IMG/VR virus record: IMGVR_UViG_3300045988_169529
Coordinates: 1 to 56,911 of that record
DNA: 56,911 nucleotides
Reading direction: 5' to 3' (one strand)
Origin: a virus
Shown here piece by piece: positions 7,817 through 17,000 of the stretch. Both the position numbers and the translations under genes were made by a program. Position 1 is the first letter of the stretch. Each line of letters starts with the position of its first letter. Under the pieces are notes generated by a model. The model made no database searches and had not been told where the DNA came from. It saw only the letters and a list, made by a program, of their open reading frames with translations.

Positions 7817-8110
7817 CTAAACAACATCAACAGAAATTCGTAAATAACTGAATTTGGAGGCTGGTGAATTGTTGATAATTGTAACAGTATTGCCTTTTTT
7901 CAACAAACATATTCTGCCTTCGATGTTACTATTCAAGTTAATGATTCCTTCAAACAATGCCGAAATCGTATCATTCCATTGTGCTGGAATTATAGATATA
8001 CTAGGGTTATGATTCAAGGGGGAAAATAAGATTAATATAGATGGATCATATATTTGTAAATCTGTACTTTCCCCTGTTTTTAATTCAAATTTTCCCTTAT
8101 ATATATTCAT
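7817..8110 (-). CDS. Fibre-tip cassette C
   Basis: 97-aa ORF from an ATG. The in-frame upstream sequence KRELGGLLPSGT carries the junction motif but has no start codon. Confidence 0.5.
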   Translation of the reverse strand: MNIYKGKFELKTGESTDLQIYDPSILILFSPLNHNPSISIIPAQWNDTISALFEGIINLNSNIEGRICLLKKGNTVTIINNSPASKFSYLRISVDVV

Positions 8111-8127
8111 AGTTCCACTTGGCAGAA

Positions 8128-8143
8128 GTCCTCCCAGCTCTCG
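8128..8143 (-). repeat. Junction repeat C
   Basis: It shares ctcccagctctcg with repeat B and lies between the stop of cassette D and the first ATG of cassette C. Confidence 0.85.
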
Positions 8144-8161
8144 TTTCGAATAGATTTTATG

Positions 8162-8449
8162 TCAATTATTACTGTGAATTATTATCTTAGGATCTTCCCA
8201 AGTTGAAACGTCTGGATAATTCCTTTTTCTAAATATTAATGTTCCGTCTATTGCTATTCCGAAGATGAAAACAACATCTTCTAATTGTTTTATAACCAAT
8301 CCTTGAACGACATTACCATAGAATCCTTCTCCAGCAAAAGCATTGAAATCGGAAACGAAAGGTTGAATTGTTTTTATAGGCATTTCATTTACAAAATCCG
8401 TAAATTCACTCCATGAAGAAAACGATTTTGTTCCCTTCGGATTTCCCAA
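8162..8449 (-). CDS. Fibre-tip cassette D
   Basis: The track ORF starts at a TTG that lies inside the junction. In-frame upstream reads stop-LKLLYFVLLGELLG-NPKGTKSF with no ATG. IFGIAIDGTLIFRKRN..STWEDPK is distantly tip-like. Confidence 0.5.
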   Translation of the reverse strand: MGNPKGTKSFSSWSEFTDFVNEMPIKTIQPFVSDFNAFAGEGFYGNVVQGLVIKQLEDVVFIFGIAIDGTLIFRKRNYPDVSTWEDPKIIIHSNN

Positions 8450-8472
8450 AAGTTCTCCCAGAAGTACAAAAT
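8443..8472 (-). repeat. Junction repeat D
   Basis: 8443-8461 is identical (19 nt) to 8752-8770. 8456-8472 is identical (17 nt) to 7472-7488. Confidence 0.9.
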
Positions 8473-8494
8473 ATAAGAGCTTAAGTTATAATTT

Positions 8495-9034
8495 CTATAC
8501 AAAAACACCTTCGTATTTTGCCCATTTTCCCCAATTATCTCCTAATTTTTGTCTTATATAAAAAACATTATCATTCATCGGAATGTATATTTGAGTTATA
8601 AACAAACGCCCAAAAACCAATAATCCTCCCCATGCCCTATGACCGTTAGGGGTATCTTCGTTAGTTAATCTGTCATCAATAGTATAATATCCAACCTCAG
8701 TTGCTGATGCAAATGATGTTGGATATCCTTTATCTCCTAACATTTGATTTATTCCCAAAAGTTCTCCCAGGACTTTCGCGGCAGCCGAAGAAGATGTCAA
8801 AGTTGGGTTCTTGGAACCGTCCAAAGTACGGAGCCAAGAGAAGGTGTCGGACTGGGGCAACTGATCCTCAAACTCATCTGTTCCGGCTGCCGCAGCGGCA
8901 GCAAATGTTGATATTTCTGATGCAGCGGAAACAATCCGTGCGGAAACTAATTCTGTCATCTCATCGACGGTCACCTGTCGTTCGTTGCCGTTTTTATCCA
9001 CAGCTTTAAAGCCAACTATATTATTCAAGTCCAT
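8495..9034 (-). CDS. Small fibre protein: constant N-terminal part plus tip E (apparently the expressed copy)
   Basis: 179 aa with an ATG start. An Ala-rich linker runs to ..AAKVLGELLG (junction E, internal), followed by an 80-aa tip ending NWGKWAKYEGVFV. Confidence 0.7.
   Translation of the reverse strand: MDLNNIVGFKAVDKNGNERQVTVDEMTELVSARIVSAASEISTFAAAAAAGTDEFEDQLPQSDTFSWLRTLDGSKNPTLTSSSAAAKVLGELLGINQMLGDKGYPTSFASATEVGYYTIDDRLTNEDTPNGHRAWGGLLVFGRLFITQIYIPMNDNVFYIRQKLGDNWGKWAKYEGVFV
8752..8770 (-). repeat. Junction repeat E (inside the expressed ORF)
   Basis: ttcccaaaagttctcccag encodes LGELLG, and the same 19-mer heads cassette D. Confidence 0.9.
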
Positions 9035-9050
9035 AATGCAAATTTTAAAA

Positions 9051-9470
9051 TTAAAACAAATACTTCACCCATGCAAAATAATTACTGTTCTCAATATAAT
9101 TCGGATCATCCTCGTTGGAATATGCCTCCCTCTCAAACGATACCGTCTTATACGCCCTGCCGGCATCCTTCAACCGTACCGCCCTGACCAGCCACTCCAC
9201 ACCATACCAGAGATAGAATGCCAGCCCGGCCAGTACCAGCCACCAGGCGGAAAGGTCAAAACACAACAGCAAGATCCAGATAACTGTACCGATGGCAACT
9301 GCCATCTCAACCCATTGACGGGCGTGGGTACACTCATGGTTTCTCACTTTCTGAGTGATTTTCTCTTCCGGTCGCTTGCTTAAAACAAACGGACCGATTG
9401 TTATCGTATGGCAAGAACTGAACGCAAGCAGCACCTTTGCCAGAAGGTTGTTACAATATACCTTTTTCAT
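9051..9470 (-). CDS. Membrane protein with an HExxH zincin-like motif
   Basis: RNHECTHARQW (HExxH) is followed by two hydrophobic helices (AVAIGTVIWILLLCF, WWLVLAGLAFYLWY) and FEREAY. Confidence 0.45.
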   Translation of the reverse strand: MKKVYCNNLLAKVLLAFSSCHTITIGPFVLSKRPEEKITQKVRNHECTHARQWVEMAVAIGTVIWILLLCFDLSAWWLVLAGLAFYLWYGVEWLVRAVRLKDAGRAYKTVSFEREAYSNEDDPNYIENSNYFAWVKYLF

Positions 9471-9744
9471 GTTGTTCCTCCTTTTTATCTAAATAATCAT
9501 TCAAAGAATCGGCCAGCAAGCCGGACAACATAGGGGTAGAACGTCTTATGATATCCACCTCCTCTTCGTCAAGTTCCACACCATCTACAGTCGACTTGAA
9601 GATTTTCTCCGCAAGGAGATGCGCCTTCAAGCCCGCTACGTTCTTATATATCCAGTCACCGAAGGCCTCAGTGATGTTACTGGCTATAAGCTTTTCTTTT
9701 TTAATCCCATCATAAATAGGGAATTGTGCAAAATTTATTCTCAT
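9451..9744 (-). CDS. Hypothetical protein (fibre-module associated)
   Basis: 97-aa ORF immediately downstream of the large fibre gene. It overlaps the next ORF by 20 nt. Confidence 0.55.
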   Translation of the reverse strand: MRINFAQFPIYDGIKKEKLIASNITEAFGDWIYKNVAGLKAHLLAEKIFKSTVDGVELDEEEVDIIRRSTPMLSGLLADSLNDYLDKKEEQHEKGIL

Positions 9745-9758
9745 ACTTTATATTTAAA

Positions 9759-12700
9759 TTATCCGCAATAAAACATAACCCAATAATTACCCATACACTT
9801 AATGAAGCCGGATGCAAAATCCAAATCAATATAAGACACCTCCTGTCCTCCGGGAGCAGGCAGGATCCGTCCTCCTGTCAATCTTACTCCGCCGCTCATA
9901 CGTTTGAAGTATATAGTATGTCCCGGAACATCCGGAGGAAGTGTCACTTCTATATTGCCCGTATTAATAAACATCACATTATCATCATTGTTATTCAGGG
10001 GAGTGCTGACGGATATGTTCCTCCAGTTGCCAACTATGCCACGAAGAGAAACATAGCTGTCATTGTTCGGATGAAGGAAAATGTTACCTCCCTCCACGAA
10101 TAGAGGAATGCTTGGAGTCTTGATGTGCATCCCGATCATGACATTTGGACTCTGTATGTCAATTCCAGCATCATACTTAATCCCTTCAATGGTGACAAAC
10201 TGCGTGTTTCCCCCGATTCTTACGTTTGCAAATGTCCTTTCGTTATAAAACTCAATTTGTCCGGCAGACAGATTGAAACCGACGTATTTATTTGTTTCAT
10301 TTTCATAAAGGATCTTTGAGGACAACATCCCCGAAGCGATGGAGAACGGACCGATACGTCCTCCTTCTATGTCCATATTAATGCCATGAATATAACCGGA
10401 TTCGGAATTCAGTATCAGGTTGGGCACACCATTGGTTGACTTCTGTGATTTTATATCTCCAAAAGGTATGCCGTTGGCATCCATTCCTTTATATGTGAAC
10501 ATGAATCCGCATATATTGGCTCCTGTAGCAAACAGGGTGTCAGTGGCGATATTAACAAACTTCTGCATGGCTTCCCAATTGGAATCCCCGTTGACAGATG
10601 TAGGGGCGGCGGTTACACTGGCACCATAGTTCCGCACAAGGAAATTATAATACACGCCATTGAACTTGTAGATGATCTTGTCACGATAGCTGGCGTTCCA
10701 TACATAGCTAGTACCAGATTGGAATACTCCCATATCTCTTGGAGAAGCCCCTGTCGCTCCAGTTGCTCCTATGGCGCCATCATTTGCAACACCCACCCCT
10801 TTTTCAGCGACAAAATTATTATTCCATGCGTTCGCGTCCGATGCGGATTGATAAGCCCGGACGGCAAACTGGGTGTATCCGGCTGTCGCTGGAACGGATA
10901 TCTGATTGCTTAGGGTAGCACCTACATGAGCCAGCCAGCTTCCGTTATACTTACGGGCTGCCAGATAAAGCGTGCTGCACGTGCTTACATTGCCTGCCAC
11001 ATTCTGTTTGCAAGTGACAAGGAATCCAGACGGGGATGGCGTGCCCGTACTGGTGAAGTTGATCACGCTGACAGGACTGTCCAGCCAGTAGGATGCCGAC
11101 GGTCCGACGGGAGCAACCATCTCCTGCCAGTCCGCATGTACCGTCCGGTTCGCGGATCTGCCGGCGAGGATGTATCCGCCGTCTCTTTTCCTGCGGAGTC
11201 TGCCGTTTCTGAACTTGGCGATTTTAATCGGAGGGTTGGAGGTTTCAACCTTGCTTAAGTAAGATCCTCCGGCAAACGATACTGTACTGTTCTTGGCATA
11301 CGGAGTATTGGCGGATTCCCAATGACCGGCTGCTGTGATGCTCTCACCATCCTTTCCGTCACTGCCGTCCACAACCATCGGGACAGTCTCGACATCAACC
11401 GCCTGACCGTTCACGTAGAACACGAACTTCAAGCTACTGGTAAAATTACCGGAAGCCACCCCGACACCATCACCGATGGGAACCTCGGCCGCACCGTCAC
11501 GACTGTACTTCAACTCCCCGTCCGTTGTGGCCGTAGTGACCGCACCGACTGTCTTCATACGCCGGCAGGATACCGAAGCTACACTGTAACCGCCGTTCTT
11601 GTTCTTGCTGACCATCGTGGCCGAAGTGACAAGGCTATAAATTACCGCATCGGAACCGTCCGCCCCGCCACGGACACCGGTTATCTTGAAAGTCAGTTCA
11701 CGGGTATAGAGCTGCCCGTTCTTCATTGCAGCCAGTGTGATGGTGACCGTATTCTGTTCCGGAACCGACTTTCCGGCAGCGACGGATATCGCCACCGCTC
11801 CGGTGGCCTTGCTTGTGCTTGCCGTGAAACCGGCAGGCGTGCTGACTGTTAAAGTCTCAAGGGTGAGTTTCTCGGTACCGTACCACATGGATACATGGGT
11901 AGTCCATGACTGTGCGGAAGTAGTAACACCGGTACTGGTAAGAGCGACGCTCACCATCTCATTGTCAAGGTCGGCCATGATATTCGACTCCCCGTCCTTA
12001 CTCCAACGGTGCACAGGGGCCGGAGTGCTCCATTCACTCCATACTCCATCACGCTTCACACGTTTGCACGCCCATTCCACCTGATGGTCTGCATCCACGC
12101 CAAGAAAATCATCTGTCCAGCCTTCCGGTATATAATCATCCTGCTGCTTCGAATCCGGCTTGTCAGGGGTAAGGCCGATGATGTTGGTACGGGTGTAGAT
12201 CCACTCGTAACCTTTGCCGTCCTTACCGTCAGTCCCGTCTTTGACCATGACCATCCACAAACCATTCCGGTATATGTAAGTACAATGGTCAGCCGTATTT
12301 CGGTAGCTGTCACCCTCCTTGGGATTGGACGGATGGGATGCGAACTCACCCAAGAAGGTGATACTCTCACCTTTAAGTTCACGACCGTCCAGCAGCATCT
12401 CCCAGTCTTCATGCACGGTCCAGTCGGCTGATTTCCCGGCAAGGATATAACCGCCATCCTTTTTCTTTCGATAATTGCCGTTCCTGAACCTTGCAATTTT
12501 AATCGGAGGATTGGAGGTTTCCACCTTGGATATAAAGACACAATTGGCAAGAGTGACCATTGTATTGGCTTTGTACGGGGTCTTGGAGGATTCCCAATGA
12601 CCGCCACCTACTACGGACAATCCCGGATCACCTTTTTGCCCTTCCGCCACTTGTTTCAGCCATGCCGGATTATCATCTGACGGTTCTGTTGTCGTTCCGT

Positions 12701-13955
12701 TGTCATCAACACACAACCACAAAGCCCCGTTATGTGACACCCGGTCATAGTAGGCGTACTTCCCTGCAACCCATTCACCCTTGTCCAAGGGTACACGAAC
12801 CTTGTTCCCCGTTATCTCATCTATCTGGAAGATAAGCCCAGTCAATAAGACCTGTTGCAACACGGCTGAATATTTCTCGCAATCAATTCCGTTAACGGTC
12901 ATGCCCTTTTTTTTGCCGAACCACGCAGGCATCTGCGCCGGCTCCGGGTCCCAAGTGTTGGCATTGTCAAAGAATGTAATACAGTTGTTTCCGTTGACTG
13001 AATCAATAAGTATATAAGTCTGACGTTCCGGGTCCGTAAAGTTACCTGTTTGTGCCAATACCATCTGCTCGGCAGGTTTCCAGTCAGAATGCCCCGGACG
13101 GGGAATGACAGTAAACTTCTTGGCAGTATAATCTGCGGCAGTCACCCGGAATTTCATCTCTTCAAAGCCATTCAGCTTGCCTTCGCTATTCTTAGTCACA
13201 AAATAGGTGGTAAGGATATCATCAACAAACTGGCTCAATCCGTCCGCGTCCGTCAGATCGGGAGTGATGGTGTAGGTTCCATCGCCGTTATCCACATATG
13301 ACAATACGGTACAACCACCACCGGGGGAGTTTACCATACGTCCTTTGAAATAGGTTGTACGGTTATAAGCTATTTCAGGAACAAACAAACGCTTACGGAA
13401 AACGCCGCTTCCCATTTCCATGTCACCCTTTTCGTCTATGTATCCACCTGATACACCAGTAACGAAATCACCGAACTTGGCATATTTCTTAATCAAGACT
13501 CCGCCCAGTAAGGATAACAAGTACTTAGTGGAATCAGCCACGTCCTTCCGCAAGAATATCTCTTTCAGCTTCTCCGCACTGTTCTCTATCTCAGTCATTA
13601 CACGCAATGCGCTCATCACATCCTCATCGGTGTAGGTGACATCCTTGTCACCCTGCTTTACGATGCGGTTTATCAGATTCCCGGCTATCTTAAGACCTTT
13701 GAGGTAATTAATGACCCCTTGCGCATCATCATCGTTCAATGCGGATAAGAACCAGTCAAGCACAGGCGTATTCTTATCCAGCGTGTATGCAGATGTGGCA
13801 TGGTCGGCGTTAGTGACATCGCCTCCGCCACCACTGCCGCCACCGCCGTTCTGCTTTATCTCTTCAACCTCAATGGAGATCTTGCTAAAGTTGCTGTTGA
13901 TGCGGTCTGCCGTTTCGCTCCAAGTACCTGTTTTGTTTATTGTATTAAGCTCCAT
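9759..13955 (-). CDS. Large tail fibre protein (about 1398 aa from MELNTINK)
   Basis: The N-terminus MELNTINKTGTWSETADRINSNFSK is shared with the 17747..18085 product. It has a Gly run, short collagen-like GxxGxx stretches, an internally duplicated ~70-aa module (GHWES..SKVETSNPPIKIA.FRNG..DGGYILAG) and a beta-rich C-terminus. Confidence 0.8.
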   Translation of the reverse strand: MELNTINKTGTWSETADRINSNFSKISIEVEEIKQNGGGGSGGGGDVTNADHATSAYTLDKNTPVLDWFLSALNDDDAQGVINYLKGLKIAGNLINRIVKQGDKDVTYTDEDVMSALRVMTEIENSAEKLKEIFLRKDVADSTKYLLSLLGGVLIKKYAKFGDFVTGVSGGYIDEKGDMEMGSGVFRKRLFVPEIAYNRTTYFKGRMVNSPGGGCTVLSYVDNGDGTYTITPDLTDADGLSQFVDDILTTYFVTKNSEGKLNGFEEMKFRVTAADYTAKKFTVIPRPGHSDWKPAEQMVLAQTGNFTDPERQTYILIDSVNGNNCITFFDNANTWDPEPAQMPAWFGKKKGMTVNGIDCEKYSAVLQQVLLTGLIFQIDEITGNKVRVPLDKGEWVAGKYAYYDRVSHNGALWLCVDDNGTTTEPSDDNPAWLKQVAEGQKGDPGLSVVGGGHWESSKTPYKANTMVTLANCVFISKVETSNPPIKIARFRNGNYRKKKDGGYILAGKSADWTVHEDWEMLLDGRELKGESITFLGEFASHPSNPKEGDSYRNTADHCTYIYRNGLWMVMVKDGTDGKDGKGYEWIYTRTNIIGLTPDKPDSKQQDDYIPEGWTDDFLGVDADHQVEWACKRVKRDGVWSEWSTPAPVHRWSKDGESNIMADLDNEMVSVALTSTGVTTSAQSWTTHVSMWYGTEKLTLETLTVSTPAGFTASTSKATGAVAISVAAGKSVPEQNTVTITLAAMKNGQLYTRELTFKITGVRGGADGSDAVIYSLVTSATMVSKNKNGGYSVASVSCRRMKTVGAVTTATTDGELKYSRDGAAEVPIGDGVGVASGNFTSSLKFVFYVNGQAVDVETVPMVVDGSDGKDGESITAAGHWESANTPYAKNSTVSFAGGSYLSKVETSNPPIKIAKFRNGRLRRKRDGGYILAGRSANRTVHADWQEMVAPVGPSASYWLDSPVSVINFTSTGTPSPSGFLVTCKQNVAGNVSTCSTLYLAARKYNGSWLAHVGATLSNQISVPATAGYTQFAVRAYQSASDANAWNNNFVAEKGVGVANDGAIGATGATGASPRDMGVFQSGTSYVWNASYRDKIIYKFNGVYYNFLVRNYGASVTAAPTSVNGDSNWEAMQKFVNIATDTLFATGANICGFMFTYKGMDANGIPFGDIKSQKSTNGVPNLILNSESGYIHGINMDIEGGRIGPFSIASGMLSSKILYENETNKYVGFNLSAGQIEFYNERTFANVRIGGNTQFVTIEGIKYDAGIDIQSPNVMIGMHIKTPSIPLFVEGGNIFLHPNNDSYVSLRGIVGNWRNISVSTPLNNNDDNVMFINTGNIEVTLPPDVPGHTIYFKRMSGGVRLTGGRILPAPGGQEVSYIDLDFASGFIKCMGNYWVMFYCG

Positions 13956-14080
13956 ATATCCTGTTCCACTTTTACCATTCCGCATCCGGATGCACTTCAA
14001 CGGACAGATAGTTCATTATTCTGATGATTAATTTTCGTATCATAAATATATGTTTTGAGTGTTACTGATAACTTTCCGAG

Positions 14081-17000
14081 TTACCCTACAACAAGCACTC
14101 CGTTGTTTACCCTTGCCCTGCTAACAAGACATGAGTAGTCATAATCATTTTTAGAAATCTCCATACAATCTTGTAATACATCAGACTTACTTACTCCTGC
14201 TAATATAACATTTGTAAAAAGACTATTAGTGAAATGTACAGTATCTACACGACCTAGCAACAAATTCTTATCGCTTGCGAATATGACATTGTCAAAATTA
14301 CATCTCGCATTGTCCAATGTATTGTCTACAGAAACAAATATGGCTGTTGTAGGGGTGAAGCTTTCGGGCATTTCCCACTCTATTACAGAATTACATATCT
14401 TTAGGCTTTCAATAGCTTTGGAGTCCGTAACTGACTTATAATACAACGAATACCCAACTTGGCGTGTGGTATCAGTCACCTTTATTTTGATTCTTGCATT
14501 TATCAGCTCTATATCTTTGATTTCTGTTCCGCTAACTAACAATCCGTTATTTCCAATATTTTGAACGATCGTTCCAAATACCGTGCAATATGTAATCTTA
14601 TTTTCTAGGCCAGTACTTCCCCTTAAGGAGCCTGAATTTTTTAATGTAATATTATAAACATGTACGTGATTTACTAGAGACGTATCTCCTATAACAGATC
14701 CACAACCCTCCACATAACAATTCTCTATATACCAATTGGAATATTCCATAGTAAAACCGCCATTATGCCCGGAAAATGCAGAACCTAGCTGACCGGGATT
14801 TATCACTCTACAATTAGCGCATATCAAATCTATATTTTCCGATAATCCTGAGGAGGTCAAAAAATGATATTGATATCCCTGTGCCTTGGATGATTTTGTT
14901 TCGCAGTTTAAAAAATATGACTCCTTGAAAACAACGCCATGATGCTGATGGTCCATAAATGTGCAGTCCTCCCAAAATATATTATCCCCGCCAACAGCCA
15001 CTCCATCCCTGCTTCCGGAACCTCTTAATATCAGATGGCGAAAATCAAGACAGGACACATCACTACCAATTAACATTTTCGAGAAGAATCTGTTAGCTTC
15101 TATTGTGTGATTTTCTGGAGAATCAGATAATGATATATAATAATAACAATCTTGTTCAGACCATCCATCAATATATTTACCGCCACTGAACCAAGATGAT
15201 TTATCAGCATGGGCATCAAGATAGGTCATTGCCTCTGCTTCTTCCATGGAATTAGTGTCATACACGCTGCACATCCTTTCTCCATCCAAATACACCTGAT
15301 TCATTCCGCGGTCCGCCACAGCCTGATAAGCATGAACTCTACAACGATAGATATGATTATAGCCCTCTACCTTTTCCCAGTCTGTTAAAACAGACAGATA
15401 ATTTATAATAGGATTTTTCCCAAGACCATATGCAGATATCCTTATATTTTGAAGGTTACTTATTAATGAGAAATCATCTCTGAACTCACTCCCTCTCTCT
15501 ATTAATAGCACGTCGCCGTCAATCAATGCCGAAAAAGCTTTGCTCAGGCTCCTGAATGGCTTGTCACGTGTGTCACCGGGATGCTCATCAGAACCTTGTG
15601 AAGAAAGATAATACGTATTGCCATTTATTTGACGGTTAATTTTCTCTCTTTTGATAAGGAATCTTGATTCTGCTGATAACCCGTGATATGGACGGGCATC
15701 ATTAATAGAATGGGATAAGCCGTTCAAAGCTTCGAATATAGCACCGCTGCTTACCGGACCTGTATTCCCTGATTCTATTTTTTGTTCGGTCTTTATTACA
15801 ACTCCAAATATCCCTTGGGCTTTCCAGATTACCCCACTAGGATTATGGGCGGGTGATATGCAAAATCTAAAATACTTACAAGAAGAATATGAGGTAGCAT
15901 CAAAGACATTATTATCACTATCAATTTGAACGATTACATCTGCGTTTTCGGACGGATCGGAATAAACAAAAAAACGATAGATCTCATAACTGCCTGTTGT
16001 AGGGAATATAATTGTGACAGGAACAGAATTGTCAAAAGGTATAAAATCTGTAATTGTATTATAATAGGCATATGTTACCTTTCCGCTTGCGTTCAAACCG
16101 GAATTTTTCTTGGTTTCCGGCAAAGTTATCTCTTCAATTGGGCTTGTCAAATTTTCAAGCCGGGAAACGGAAGCCTCTATAGAATCTATTTGCCCTTTAT
16201 CTATTCCTGTTTCTATCTCCATGCCGAAAAATCCTTCGGCCACCCACGATTCAACAGATCGAGGAGTATAACTAAATCTAAAATAGATACAATCCGGATA
16301 TTGTTTTGCGTCAAACTTATTATTTGACAAGGAGACAGTATGAATTTCGGATGCATTTTCACTGGCTTCATTATAAACTAGGACTTTTAAAAGAGTCTTA
16401 TCACCTGAGGAGGAAGTAAGAGTAACAGGTTCAGAAGGATTGAATCTTATAAATTCCACACATGCTACTGAAGATGAAGGTGTCAATGCCCCACCATCAT
16501 TTATACCATAACCATCTCTAAAATAAGATGCAGGAAGCTGCAATTCTTTAATCTTGTTAAAGTTATTACTGATAAGCTCTACATTGCTCTGCAATTCGGT
16601 ATAAGAGGAGCCATTTTTTGACACAAAGTTTGCAAGAATTTCCTCTTTACTGTAGTAATCTCTTAATTTGATAGAAGGATTCAGAGTTGTACCACCTTGT
16701 ATATAAGCTGTAGGCTGCGATTCCTGTATAACGATCATGCCATTATTGGCATTCAACTTAAAATCATCTGGCTGTGAAGTACCAATATACCACGAGTAAA
16801 CTATTTCACAGTCCTCTGAAGCATTATAGGGAAATGAGACTTGACTTGATGTAAGTCTCTCATAATGCCCATTACTGCGCCAAATACTCACATAGTTAGG
16901 TTTTGAGATAAACCAATTTTTCAGAATACCGTTTTCACCGACATCAGTTGAATAACCGCATTGTAAAGTATCACCTGACTGCAATTTGATTCTGATTGTC

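Noticed and set aside
11130-12610. Diversity-generating retroelement (template/variable repeat pair) in the big fibre gene
   Set aside because: The two ~200-nt copies differ by substitutions of all types rather than adenine-specific changes. Both are in frame within one ORF as a protein-domain duplication. No reverse transcriptase ORF exists in the window.
10125-13301. Cluster of plus-strand track ORFs (for example 10926..11258, 11322..11852, 12009..12431, 12560..12835)
   Set aside because: All lie antisense to the continuous 1413-aa minus-strand fibre ORF, inside a GC-rich block where stop codons are rare. Their translations are Arg/Pro/Ser/Cys-rich and low-complexity. They are spurious.
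14955-14975. GTCCTCCCA inside the spike gene as a sixth cassette junction
   Set aside because: It matches only 9 nt, lacks the conserved G after TCCCA and both flank types, and encodes WEDC in the middle of a beta-helix region. Probably coincidental.
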